A stretch of 64,000 nt of DNA from Eledone cirrhosa (lineage: Eukaryota), in the NCBI GenBank assembly GCA_964016885.1, contig OZ024743.1, forward strand, positions 358,050,001 to 358,114,000, given 5' to 3'. Below the pieces are notes generated by a model. That model saw only the letters and a list, made by a program, of their open reading frames with translations, was not told the DNA's origin and made no database searches. Of the stretch, positions 37,111-51,241 are shown piece by piece; position 1 is the stretch's first letter, and each line of letters opens with the position of its first letter. Made by a program: the position numbers and the translations under genes.

Positions 37111-38813
37111 AATAACCAAATCACCCTAAAATTACAGCAAAATGAGTCGTTAAAACGTTGAATAGAATGATTTGCAGTATAAGTTTCAGCTATGTGCTTT
37201 CTGAGTTCAAATTCTGCCGAGGTCAACTTTTCTCGTTCATCAATTTGAGGTCGATAAAAATGTACCACTCAAATACTGGGTCAAACATGGAGACGATTGG
37301 AATCCGTTACGTGTTTGTTACTTGAAATTAAACTCAATCGACCTGCTAGAAATAGTTACCTAATCACCCTATAAATACGCTCTACTCGTTTTTAAATCGG
37401 ACATATATTCAGTTTCACACAGAGAGCAATGTTCTATTATATATAGAAAACATATATTGGATATATCAATGCCAGATAGTCCTAGAAGATGAGATGAATA
37501 TGAGTGGAATACTGTTATCATGGATCAACTTCTTCGGGGTAGAATAACTCGTGTAGAATGAAAGAACAAGAATCGAAGGCAATAAAAATAAAGCAAAAAA
37601 TATAAGCAGAAATTCACCAATCTGCGGCCAGTAAGCAGAATGGCACAGTGAAAGCGTGCCGGGTCCATAACCCAGAAGTCTGTAAATTGAAACTACACTC
37701 TGCTATTCTTTCCCTTTCAATAAGTTATTAAGGTATAAATACCATGTGAAATATTTTGTATACTTTACATCAAATATTCTTAAGTAGGTATTTGCTACAT
37801 TTTTAGAGAGGTACCAAAATCGTCTGCTAGTAAAAGACACAAAGTGGATCACCATCCTCTCGACGTCTGGATACAGCACATTTCTTCCCGCGAAGGAAAG
37901 AGAGTGAGAAAATAGGAGTGAGGAAGTGTCATAGAGGAAGAATAGATCCAGTATTTGACTGGTACATTGTTTATAGTTCTCAAATAGATGAAAGACAAAG
38001 TTGACCTCGGCGGAATTTGAACCCGGAGAGCTCACAACCGAAACATGTACCACTACTTTTAAAAAATTATATATTGTATATAAAATATTTCATTTAGAGA
38101 TTATACCGCAATAACATATTGAAGGAAAAATATATTTCAGATCGCACTTCCGATCTACCAACTTCTGGGGTTATGGGACCAGCATACTTCCACTGCCCCA
38201 TTCTCATAATTTTTATCGGGCCGCTGATTTCAGTGTATATATTTAGATAAATTACTGCTTTTTTTCTTGTTTTTTCTTGCTCCACCTGTTAATTGAGATA
38301 GCTGATCTATGAACAAAGGTATTCCAGATGTGATAATCTCTTCTTATAGGATTATCTGGGAGTGATGTATCCAATATATGTATTGCGTATATTATATGAT
38401 AGGATGCCCTTTGGTTGCTACAGATTATATGCCCGTTTTGAAGTCAGCTGAGCGTAATTTTAGGATGTTTCGGTAGCTATTTCTAGCTGGCGATTATGTT
38501 AACTTACTAAAAACTGTAGCAAACATCTTATTTAACAATATTAGATGAAAAGTATGCAAAATATTTTACAGGGTATTTGTACCGTAATAACATTGAAGGG
38601 CAGGAAAATATTAAAACATAGTTTCAATCTACGGACCTCTGGTTTAACAGTATGCCCTCAGTGTATGACGGAATATATGTCCAATTATATTACTAGTAAA
38701 TCGTAATTTTAGGAACTTTGCTAGGCGACTGAAGGTCCTTTCTAAAAACGGTAACAAACATCTATATAACAAAATTTGTTTAAAATATTTTCTATTCACA
38801 GAATGAGAAAAAA

Positions 38814-38885
38814 TAGCAGAGCGTAGTTTCGATCTACGGACCTCTGGGTTATGGGCCCAGCACGCTTCCACTGCGCCACTCTGCT
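38814..38885 (-). tRNA. tRNA-iMet-CAT: Initiator tRNA-Met, intact
   Basis: Exact reverse complement of the consensus. Confidence 0.95.
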
Positions 38886-39321
38886 AAACGATATTGCACT
38901 GGTGTGTTTCTGTTTAAATTTTCTGCCAAACTATTGTTTATTTTTCTCCCAGTTCTTTCTTTCTCCACAAATTATTTGGCAGGTATTCTACCTTGAGGAA
39001 GCTGGCCTATGATCAAACGTATTCTAGATGTGATCATATTTTCTTCTAGGATTATCTCTGAACAATTTATCCAATATATGTTTTTTGGGATATATTAGAA
39101 CACTATGTCCCCAGACTGTGACAGAATATATACCCAATAATAAAGATAGTAGAGTGTAATTTTAGTGACATTTGTTAGTTATTTCTAGCTGGTCGATTGA
39201 GTTACCTTTCTAAAAATCATATCAAGCCACTATTTAACAATATTGTATGTAATGTATACAAAATATGTTATAGGAAGATTATACCGCAATGATATATCCC
39301 CTAAAAGTTTTAAAAAGTGAT

Positions 39322-39393
39322 TAGCAGAGCGTAGTTTCGATCTACGGACCTCTGGGTTATGGGCCCAGCACGCTTCCACTGCGCCACTCTGCT
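39322..39393 (-). tRNA. tRNA-iMet-CAT: Initiator tRNA-Met, intact
   Basis: Exact reverse complement of the consensus. Confidence 0.95.
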
Positions 39394-40074
39394 AGCTGTG
39401 TTATTCACTGTGAATTTCTACATATATACTGACTTTTTCTTGTTTTTCCTTCTTTCTCCACTAGATATTTGACTGGTAATCTACCTTGAACAAGCTGGTC
39501 CATGATCAAAAACATTCCAGATGTTTTAACCTCTTCTTCTAGGATTATCTGGGAGCAATTTATCCAATATATGTTTTCTGGTACGACAGAAAATACGTCC
39601 ATTTCTGAAGGCAGAAGAGTTATACGGTAGCTCTTTGTAGCAATTAAAAACTGTAACAAACCACTAACTACTTCATATAATAAAAAAATTCATATATGTA
39701 CAAAATAGTTTTGTATGTAGATTATACTCAAGAAGAAGAAGAAGAAGAAGAAGAAGAAGAAGAAGAAGAAGAAGAAGAAGAAGAAGAAGAAGAAGAAGAA
39801 GAAGAAGAAGAAGAAGAAGAAGAAGAAGAAGAAGAAGAAGAATTCCTGTATATATTAAGCGCTCTATTGCTGCCTTTTTCCCCATTCTATGTTTCTTTCT
39901 CCACCAGTTATTTGACATATTATTCTGTGAATGCTGATCTATGATCAAAAGTATTCCAGATATGACCATCTCTACATCTAGGTTTATCTGGAAGTAAGTT
40001 ATCCAATATATGTTTTATGTATATATTAGGATACTCTGCACTCAGTTTGGGACAAAATATATGTCCAATTATAT

Positions 40075-40255
40075 CCCTACTCACCACCATAGGCGCTGAG
40101 CTGGCCAGCCGCATGTGTGAGCCCCGCGAGCTAGAGTGGCTTTTCCAGCGTCTCCTTTGCCGTCCTCCGGGGAAACGCCTTCTCTATTCTGTCCGCCGGG
40201 GCTTTGAGGGAGGGGGGCATTACGTATCATTCCACTGAATCAAGTTTTGAAAGTT
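40075..40255 (+). mobile_element. 3' fragment of a CRE-clade non-LTR retrotransposon with 8-bp TSD
   Basis: TSD AATTATAT (40067-40074, 40256-40263); empty site at 28395; translates EPRELEWLFQRL/FAVLRGNAFSILSA across a 1-nt frameshift. Confidence 0.7.
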
Positions 40256-40430
40256 AATTATATTACTAGTAAAGCGTAATTGTAGAGACATTATGTATCT
40301 AGCTGGGCAACGAGGTTCTTTTCTAAAAACTGTTACAAACATCTATTAAATAAAATTTGTTTAAAATATTCTATAGGGAGATTATACCGCAATGAGTTAT
40401 TCACAGAATAAGAAATGAAAAAAAAAAAGA

Positions 40431-40502
40431 TAGCAGAGCGTAGTTTCGATCTACGGACCTCTGGGTTATGGGCCCAGCACGCTTCCACTGCGCCACTCTG
40501 CT
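40431..40502 (-). tRNA. tRNA-iMet-CAT: Initiator tRNA-Met, intact
   Basis: Exact reverse complement of the consensus. Confidence 0.95.
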
Positions 40503-42135
40503 AACTGTCGCTTTAGAATGTCAATATCTACTGATATATTTTGCCGTCTTATCATTGCCTTCTATTTTTCTTGTTTTTTCATTCTCACGACTTATTTGTC
40601 AGGTATTCTACTCCGAAGAAGCTGTTCCATGATGAATGCATTCCGTTCATGTTCATCTCATTTTCTAAGATTATCTAGGAATAATATACCCAATATGTAT
40701 TTTCTATATATAAAACAACAGTAGGCTCTCTGTGTGAAACAATATTTGTTCGATTTTAAATCTAGTAGAGCGTAATTATAGGGTGATTAGGTAGCTATTT
40801 CTAGCAGAGAGCTCAGAAAAGAAAGGAATGTCGCAAATCATTCTATCCGACGATCTAACGACTCTGCCAATTTGCCGCCTCCTTCTTGGAAAATCAAAAG
40901 TATTCCAGATGTCACCATCTCTTCTCCTAGAGTTATCTGTTAGTAATTTATCCAATATATCTTTTCTGCATATAATATAATAGTTTTCCCTTTACGACCG
41001 GATGTATGTCAGATATTAAAGAAAGTAGAGCGTAATTTTAATGTGATTAAATTGTTATTTCTAGCTGCTCGTTTAAGGTTTTTTTCTAAAAACTGTAAGA
41101 AACCACTATTTAAAAAAATGATATATTGTATACAAAATATTTCCTTTAGAGATTATACCACAATAGCATATTGAAAGGAAAAAATATATTTCAAAACGAA
41201 CTTCCGAAGTGCGGACTTCTAGGTCATGGGACCATCATGCACTGCACCGCTCTTTTAATTGTTATCTATCCTTATCTGAATTTCAGCATATATTTTCTGG
41301 TAAATTACTGCCTTTTTCTTGTTCTCTCTCGCTCCACCTGTTAATTGACAGGTATTCTACCTCAGGCTAGCTGATCTATGATCAAATGTATTCCGGATGT
41401 GGTAATCTATTCTTATGGGAGTAATTTATCCAATATATCTATTCTGTATATTATAATATAGTATGTCCTTTGGTTGCTACAGTATATATGCCGTTTTGAA
41501 GTCAGTAGAGCGTAATTTTAGGGTGGTTAGGCAGCTATTTCTAGCAGGCAATTGTGGTACCTATCTAATACCCGTAGCAAATACCTATTCAACAATATTT
41601 GATGTAAAGTATACAAAAGATTTTACAGAGTATTATAGAACATACTGAAAGGGGGAAACATAGCAGAGTGTAGTTCAATCTACGGACCCGGGCCCAGCAA
41701 CTCTACCACCATGCCACTCTGCTGACGTGACCAGAGGCCGGCGAATTCTTGCATATATTTTAAGGGCTCTATTGCTGCCTTTTTCCCCATTCTATTTTTC
41801 TTTCTCCGCCAGATATTTGAATGTTGATCTATGGTTAAAAGTATTCCAAATATGACCATCTCTACATCTCTACATCTAGGTTTAACTGGAAGTAAATTAT
41901 CCAGCGTATCTTTTCTGTATATAATAGAACAGTATGTTTTCGGTGTATGACAGAATATATGTCCAATTATATTACTAATATATCGTAATATTAGGGACAC
42001 AAGGTACCTAGCTGGTCGACTGACTGCCCTTTCTAAAAAATGCAACAAGCATCCATTTAACAATATTTTTTTTAAATATTTTATAGGGAGATTATACCGC
42101 AATGACATATTTACAGAAAGAAAAAAAAAAGTGAA

Positions 42136-42206
42136 TAGCAGAGCGTAGTTTCGATCTACGGACCTCTGGGTTATGGGCCCAGCACGCTTCCACTGCGCCC
42201 TCTGCT
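42136..42206 (-). pseudogene. tRNA-iMet copy lacking U8 (A-box damaged)
   Basis: Consensus with a single-base deletion. Confidence 0.75.
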
Positions 42207-44244
42207 AACTGTTTACGAGGATGTGAATATCTGTTTATATGTTTTGCTGTATTATTATTCCCTTCTAGTTTTCTTGTTTTTTTTTCTTTCTCCACGAGAT
42301 ATTTGACAGGTATTCTACCCAGAAGCTGATCCAAGATCGGAGTATTCCACTCATGTTCATTTCATCTTCTGGGATTGTCTAGAAATAATATACCCAATAT
42401 ATATGTTCTATATATAATAGAACAGTAGGCCCTCTGTGTAATACTGAATAAATGTCCGATTTGAAAACTAGTAGAACGTATTTATAGGGTGATTATGTAC
42501 CTATGTCTAGCAGGTCAATTGAGTTTATTTTCAAGTTAGAAACACGGATCCCAATACTCTCCACATCTGAATAGAGCAGATTTCTTCCAGAGAAGGGAAG
42601 AGAGTGACAAAAATGGAAGTGAGGAAGAGATATAGAGGAAGAAACGACCATTATTCACTGGTACATATTTTATCGACCTCAAATGGATGAAAGACAAAGT
42701 TGACCTCGGCGGAATTTGAACTCAGAGAGCACAGAGCCAAAGCGAATACCGCCAATATGCCGCCTCCTTCTTTGTTAATCAAAAGTATTCCAGATGTGAC
42801 CATCTCCTCTCCTAGGATTATCTGTTAGTAATTTATCCAATATATTTTTTTCTGTACAAAATACGATATTATGCCCTTTGTGCAAGACAGAATATATGTC
42901 AGATTTTAAAGCAAGAAGAGCGTAATTTTAGGGTGATTAGGTAGTTATTTCTAGCTGGTAGTTTGAGGTTTCTTTCTAAAAACTGTAAGAACACACTATT
43001 TTCAAAATATGATATATTGTATATAAAATATTTCACTGTGTGATTATATCACAATAGCATATTGGAAGGAAAAAATATGTTCCAGAACGCGCATTCGATT
43101 TACGGAGTTCTGGGTCATGGGTCCTGCATGATTCCACTGCACCATTCTGCTAATTGTTGTCTGGCCGCTGAATTTCAGCATATACTTTCTGCCTAATTAC
43201 TGCTTTTTGGTTGCTGTTTTTCTTGCTCCACCTGTTAATTCATATGTATTCTACCTCGGGTTAACTGATCTATAATCAAATACGTTCCAGATGTAATCAT
43301 TAGGATTATCTGGGAGCAATTTATCCAATATATGTATTCTGTATATTATTCTATAGTATGCCATTTGCTTGCTGCATAATATATGTCTTTGTGAAGTCAG
43401 TTGAGCGTAATATTAGGGTGATTTGGTAGCTATTTCTAGTAAGCAATTGTGGTACGTTTCTAATACCTGTAAACTTGAAAAATTTGAACAATTAGTTATG
43501 TTTCTCCATCACGTAAGTTCGAGGTCAGTGAAGAATTTATATTTAAAGTAGCGTCAGAGTTTCCTATGTCCTGGAAATGAATATTCATTCACCCTGGTCG
43601 GTCCTAGCTGGAATGATATTGACCGTCAATTGATTCTCCCACAGCTGACCTACGTCTAAAGGACGTTAGGGAATTATATTTGCAATCGTGAGGTTGCGAG
43701 TTCAATTCACGGACCGGGTGATGCGCTATGTCCCTGAGCAAGATACTTTATTTCACTTAGCTTTCTCTATCAATAATGGAAAAACTAATGGAAACATTAT
43801 TTATTTTATCAACCCACCCCGTAAGGAAGAAAAAGGAAGCTAACCTTGGTGAGATTTGAACTCCGAACGTAAAGGGCCGTAACTCTATGCTACACAGCAT
43901 GTTGTCCGGCGCCCTACCGACTCTGCCAATCCACCTAACTTTTTCTACTTTTGGTCCAATGCCACCAATTACCCCAGTGCATTACTGGTGCTTTATTTTA
44001 TCGACCACGTAAGGATGAAAGGCAAAGCTAACCTCGGCTGTATTCAGAAAGTAAAGGGCCATAACTCTATGTTGCAAAGCATGGTGACTAACCCTCTACT
44101 GATACTGCCAATCCACCGCTGTTTTGTGATTCTTGCTCACTACTTCGGTAAGTACGGAGAAGTCTATACTTTGCTGAATATATCTAATGAGGCCAAAATA
44201 CCTCCTGAGTTGTATCCCGTACTTGAAGATATGATTAAAATAAT

Positions 44245-44432
44245 TGTTTCTACGTTAGGCACAAGGCCAGCAATTAACCAGTGTATTACTGGTACTTTAT
44301 TTTATCGACCCCGTAAGGATGAAAGACAAAGTTAACCTCGGCCGGATTTGAATTCAGAATGGCAAGGGCCGTAACTCTATGCGCCAAAGCATGGCATCCG
44401 ACACTCTACCAATACTGCCAATCCACCGCCTT
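44245..44432 (-). mobile_element. Full-length tRNA-derived SINE with 17-bp TSD
   Basis: GATATGATTAAAATAAT at 44228-44244 and 44433-44449; empty paralogous sites at 34514 and 36323. Confidence 0.9.
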
Positions 44433-45157
44433 GATATGATTAAAATAATATTAATCATTGAGCGAATGTTGGCATTATTTTCACAACACAACTATTTCTA
44501 GTTAGCAGATGTTTTATACCAGCTACGTATATCAATTATGAGAAAACCAACTCAACTATTGTATAATGTAGACAGGGCAACATAATCCTATAAAGTAGCT
44601 TAAAAAACATTGATCCTGTACATCTCAAGAAACATACAGCACCATATACCAATAATTCAGGATTGGGACAAATGTAAAACAATTGCCCTCCTTATAAATA
44701 CCTGGCTTCTGTGTTACTTTCTGTGGACATAGATTAGAAAGAAAATGGAACCCTCGTTACGTTGAAAATATCACCCCCACCCCACTTTACTGTATTGGAA
44801 TATCTATACTGTATTGGAATATCTATATATATTTGAATGCAAGCAATGGTTGTTTCATGAAATATAAATTTTCCATTTTTACTTTACCATCAAATCACTT
44901 TTTGACAAGAAACATTAAGAAATTCCGCAATAGAAGCGTGGTGGACCTATAATCCAGAGGTCCGTAGTTCGAAACTACGCACGAGCGTTCTATTACGATA
45001 TAACCTCCCTAAAAAACATTGCATTCATTTAAAATCAAAATTTGTGAAAAATAATGTCGCTGGTTATAGATGTCCATTGGCTCAAATATAACATCACGCC
45101 ATTTATGACGGTCAGAATCACAAAGAGTATCTGTAACTCGGTGCAAAATAAGGTATC

Positions 45158-45620
45158 GGATTGGCATTGTCGGTAGGGCGTCGGACAACATGATTTGCAG
45201 TATAGAGTTACGGCCTTTTATTATCTGAGTTCAAATCCCGCCGAAGCTTAACTTTGCCTTTCATCCTTTCAGTGTCGATAAAATAAAGTACCAGTAACGC
45301 ACTAGGTCGATTTAATTGAATTTCCCCAAAATATTGTTGACCTTGTGCCTATATAAGAAACCATTATTTTTCTTGCAGGCGGTGGATTGGCAGTATCGGT
45401 AGAGGGTCGGACGCCATGCTTTCCAGCATAGTTACGTCCCTTTACGATCTGAGTTCAAATCCCGCCGAGGTTGACTTTGCCTTTCATCCTTACGGGGTCG
45501 ATAAAATAAAGTACCAGTAATGCACTGGGTAATTGCTGGCCTTGTGCCTAAAGTAGAAACAATTATTTTTCTTGCAGGTTGGTGGATCGGCAGAATTGGT
45601 AGAGGGTCGGACAGCATGCT
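45158..45620 (+). mobile_element. Head-to-tail SINE cluster (two copies plus a third head)
   Basis: Separated by repeated ATTATTTTTCTTGCA (45363-45377, 45562-45576). Confidence 0.85.
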
Positions 45621-46289
45621 TTTATTTTTTTATTTTTCATTGTATATATTAAATGGATTGTCACTGATTGAATGCTTTGTCTTATTTCCTTTTATAGTGA
45701 ATTATTAGAACACAAGAAAATAAATTACTGATGGAAATGCTACTAACAAATTTATACAGAATTACCACAATTTTCAATTTATAAATCAACAGAGGATCCT
45801 TCTTGAATGTATTAAATCAGCAATATCTAAAACAAACATACTAGAAACATTTTTCTATTTTTCTTTGTGCGTTTACGCCTCCGTCGTAAGCGACGGCGAG
45901 TGTTCCAATAGTTCGAACAACAGAACAGCCTGCTCGTAGAATTGACTTGAAAATAGCTGAGCATTCCTCAGACATACGTATGCTTCACGAATTCTTAGGA
46001 ATATACAACGCGGCGCAGTGTGAGTCAAGGTTAGCGCTTAAAATTACCGCTCAAGCTCATTTTCGTCTGCTGAGAGGAGTGGAGCAACGTAGAATAAACT
46101 AGGAAACAATGCCCAGTTAGGAATCGAACTTACGACCATACGGTTGCAAACCGAACACTCTAACTATTAAACCGACCACTTTTTGTGAAACACACAAAAT
46201 CGATTCTAATTTTAATTTTAATGATAAGCAAAATATATATTAAGCAGTAAGACGAATACAGAAACAAATTCATCGGGCAGGTTACAGTC

Positions 46290-46361
46290 AGCAGAGTGAC
46301 GCAGTGGAAGCGTGCCGGGCCCATAACCCAGAGGTCCGTAGATCGAAACTACGCTCTGCTA
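46290..46361 (+). tRNA. tRNA-iMet-CAT: tRNA-iMet variant, outlier of the cluster
   Basis: Two substitutions (GTGACGC, GCCGGG). Confidence 0.7.
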
Positions 46362-46575
46362 ATTAGTTATTTTTATTTTTTCGTTCTTTTATTTTTCGTG
46401 TCAACGATAATCTCAATAAATATAAACTTTGAGATATTTCATTCAGTATGGTTGAAGGCACCTCGTTATCCTTGCACCATATATTGTGATGAATAATTCA
46501 TTTGCTTGCACTGAATATTATGAAATTATATATGTACATAAGTTTATATATTTATGTACTTAAAGGCACGACTCT

Positions 46576-46711
<136 letters not shown>

Positions 46712-46729
46712 CGCGCGTATGTGTTACTA

Positions 46730-47542
46730 TGGTTGTGTCGTGTGCTTAGTTTGCGCATGCGTTACATCGGTATGTGTGTGTTTTTTTATTTATCTATTTA
46801 TGTGTTTATTTACTTGTTCTATCTGTGTGAGTCTAATTTGTTTTGTGTGTGTCTGTATGTCTTCATTTTGTCCTTAATTACTAGTTGTGATGATGCTATT
46901 CCACCCATTTTTTCTGTTTAATTTTGGTTGGAGTTCGTTTATGTTTGTCGCGTCTGTGATGTGTCTGAGCATTGCATCTTTTCTGTCTGAGGATATAATT
47001 TTTATCTCTATGTTCTCTAATGTGCCCCTATATTCTATTTTGGCATGTTGGTGGAGTACTGATGAGTTTTTCCCATCCCGGAGTTCTCGCCAGTGTTCAC
47101 GTATCCTTTTTTTTCCTATTCTACGGACTGTCTCACCTATGTATGTTATATTTTTATTCCTACATTGTCTTTCAGTAAATCTTATGCTATATACTACGTT
47201 CCTAGTTTTGTAGCTAATATGCGGGCTTAGCTTGCAGACTCTGCATTTCCTATCAGCACAGGGGTATCTTTGAAATGAACACACATCCTGATTTAACGCA
47301 TGCGCAAACTAGGCACACAACACACAAAAACAAGATGGTGTAGGACAGAACAAAGGAGAGACACACAAAATAAAAACCTAGTCACTGAGGAGGCCACAGA
47401 ATGTGTGACGAAAAAGCTTTGACAATATACAAACAACCTTCCGGTTATCGAACCAACCAACCAACCGAAAACTTATAATAGATTGAAGTGAAAACCAACA
47501 GGTGCATGTGTTTTTATTGGCAGCATGATCCTCCCAAAGTGT

Positions 47543-47545
<3 letters not shown>
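46730..47545 (-). mobile_element. Penelope-like element fragment (GIY-YIG endonuclease end, 3'UTR and inverted 3' segment)
   Basis: CRVC..NVVYSI..YIGETVR..RIREH..LHQH in ORF 46874..47284; inverted repeat TAACGCATGCGCAAACTA at ~46745-46764 and ~47294-47311. Confidence 0.8.
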
Positions 47546-47614
<69 letters not shown>

Positions 47615-47819
47615 ATGTGAGAAAAACCACAGACCCTCCATCTCAACTCACCTTTTGAAAAGCAGAAGAACTGCGAAACCGGTAAAGGAACCAAATAAAT
47701 ATATATATTTTTTTTTAAAATAAGACTCCAGTTGAATTTTCGATTTCATCTCTTTTTCTTTATACTTTCACTCGTGTAGGACACCTCGGTTATTTTTCAT
47801 TTTGTAAAAAAAACCTCAC

Positions 47820-47885
<66 letters not shown>

Positions 47886-47966
47886 GTGTATATAGATATA
47901 TTTCTCTCCTAAACGTGATACTAATAAGACTGTATTTGTATCACTGAGTTTGTGTTGTCATTTCTT

Positions 47967-48035
<69 letters not shown>

Positions 48036-48400
48036 CTTGACATAGCGATACCAATAGTTATATTAGTAAAAATGACCGTTCCGCACTACTAACAAAATGC
48101 GTTGTTTCTGCATATATATATATACACACACACACATACACCCCCATATATGTATGTGTGTGTGTGTTTGTGTGTGTGCGTCTGTGGCTATGTCAGTTGT
48201 GTATACGTGTCTGTGTGTGTGTGTCTATAAACACGTTGAATTGAACGTCGGATAGAATGCTTTGCAGTATTCCTTCGACTCTCGGCGCTCGGAGAACAAA
48301 ACCTTACGAAGTCAACTTTGTCTTACATCCTTTCGAAGTAGATAGAAAAGTTCCAGTCCAGTACTGGGGTCGATTCTGTCTGTATATCTCCTTCTCACTG

Positions 48401-48490
<90 letters not shown>

Positions 48491-49111
48491 ATTATTATTA
48501 TCTCCTAGACTTAATGATTAACTAATTAATTTAATTAGACAATTCCATTGATTCGTTAATTATTTATGTTTGTCTAATAACGTCTAGTCGAGAGCTTTTC
48601 ATTCGGAATGTGGAACGGAATTGATTTCCTTTGTTCACACTTTGAATTTACCCGCCAAAAACCGGGGATTACTTCCCTTGATGGAAATAACACGTGACAA
48701 TGAAACACTGAAGGCTGTCAACGATAGCAGTTCACCGTTACATTCCACACCGGCTTGAGGCATAGAACGGAATTTCCTGTTGATGACGTGAATCTTCTGT
48801 TCGATTATGGAATATCACAGGCTTATATATTACGTAAGCTGGATGAATGATTCCGGATTTCATAGAAACCTATCGGACGTATTGCAAAATATCGTTCGAT
48901 ATGTCCAGGTCAGTTGTCTAACCTGATTAGTTTTTTCGTTGTTTTTGGTATTGTGTCGCTAGGTCTGCCTGCCGCAATTTTCAATTTGTCAAGCTGTCTA
49001 AACGTATGTTATTACTCTAAGGGCCTACCTTATTGAGTGCTTTGCTGCTCATTCCTAACTGTAGGTCGTTAGCTTGGTCACAGCCAAAGCTTCGATTTTA
49101 CTAAGCTTCCA

Positions 49112-49192
<81 letters not shown>

Positions 49193-49725
49193 TTATTTAT
49201 TTATTTATATGTTATATGCCCTCCAGCGGTACCAGCGTGTCATGGCCAGTGGTTTTGATTAGAGTCAGATTTATCATTAATCATTAAACAAAATAACCCC
49301 TTGCTTAGAGCCCTATTATCCTACTTAATGAATGAAAAACTCTGGGTTATGGGCGCAGCACAATTACACTGCGCCACTCTGCTGACCGTTGCACTGTAGA
49401 AGAATATGTTTCTATAATTATTAATTATTTAAGGTGAGCTGGCTGTTGCAGCGGTAACGCGTTTACCGTTTTGTTCGCGGCTGTTCCACCGCTCTGACTG
49501 GGGTGTAGTGACTGTCCCTCCCCCTCTCATTTTCTTTTGTTGCTTGATCCTTCTTTCTTTTTCTCCTTTTCATTTTCTTTTTTCTTTCCCCAGTACAATC
49601 ATGATAATTCTTAAAGCAATATTTGTTTTGTTTGTTTAATGTATTCTGATCCTTAATAAAGAAACATCTAAGCAGAGTTATTAGTTTTTGAAGATAGTTA
49701 CGCAATATATGTTTCTTATCTAAAA

Positions 49726-50490
<765 letters not shown>

Positions 50491-50962
50491 TTATGTAGGA
50501 AAATATTAATTTAAATAGGAACCCTTTCAAATATGTGGTTTTGTTTCATAGAGCTAACGCGGACTTAGGACGGTTGGTATTAAAAGGGTTAAATATTGTA
50601 TCGATAAAATTATTAAGTGTCATATGTTGTTCTATGTTTCTTTATCAATATTGTTCCAGTAAGTGATGTGGAGTATACAAGTGTGTATTTGGATGTGTGT
50701 GTATGTCTTTCCGTTTTGTATGTTTCATGTATGTGTGAGAGGGAGTGGAGAGAAAGAGGCAATGTATGTATGGGTATGGGTATGTTGGTGTGTGAGGGTG
50801 TTGGTGTGTATATGTGGGTGGGGGCATGTGTGTGTATATGAATATACAACAGTTCTAATAAATCTATTTGGATTTTATTATCCCGAAATTTAGTAAACGT
50901 TCCATAATTTTTCATTGAAGACTTATAGATAAATCTAAACAACCATATGGATACTAACTGAT

Positions 50963-51241
50963 CAAGGGCGGTAGAACTGGGGAGGGGGACAGGGTGGTGG
51001 TGGTGGCATGCACTCCCACCCTAACCCCAACCCTATAATTATATATTTCTCCCCAAACTACCAAAACACATCTATTTGTACATGCGATACAATTTATGTA
51101 CATGTTATGTTTATCGCATATCGAAGTTTTTTTTATATCTTGATTGATATTTGATAATAACAGCTAAATTAATCATTACAACTATATTGACCCAATTCCC
51201 TCTCCCCCACCTCCAATATAGAAATATTTCCACCGCCCCTG
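50963..51241. mobile_element. MITE with 14-bp TIR and 5-bp TSD
   Basis: CAAGGGCGGTAGAA ... TTCCACCGCCCCTG; CTGAT on both flanks. Confidence 0.65.

Larger units (their letters stand above)
19860..45000. repeat. Old, degenerate ~0.5-kb tDNA-iMet repeat in both orientations, with many pseudogenes
   Basis: Recurrent spacer motifs (TATAATCTCCCTATAAAA, TTTTAGAAAGGACCCTCAG, CCCTAAAATTAC, GGATAAATTACTTCCAGA, TCTGGAATACTTTTGATCA); pseudogenes at approximately 20308+, 20805+, 21329-, 23542+, 23966-, 25155+, 25810+, 26300-, 27495-, 29334-, 30170-, 30635-, 31275-, 32738+, 35605+, 37633+, 41660-, 43080-. Confidence 0.85.
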
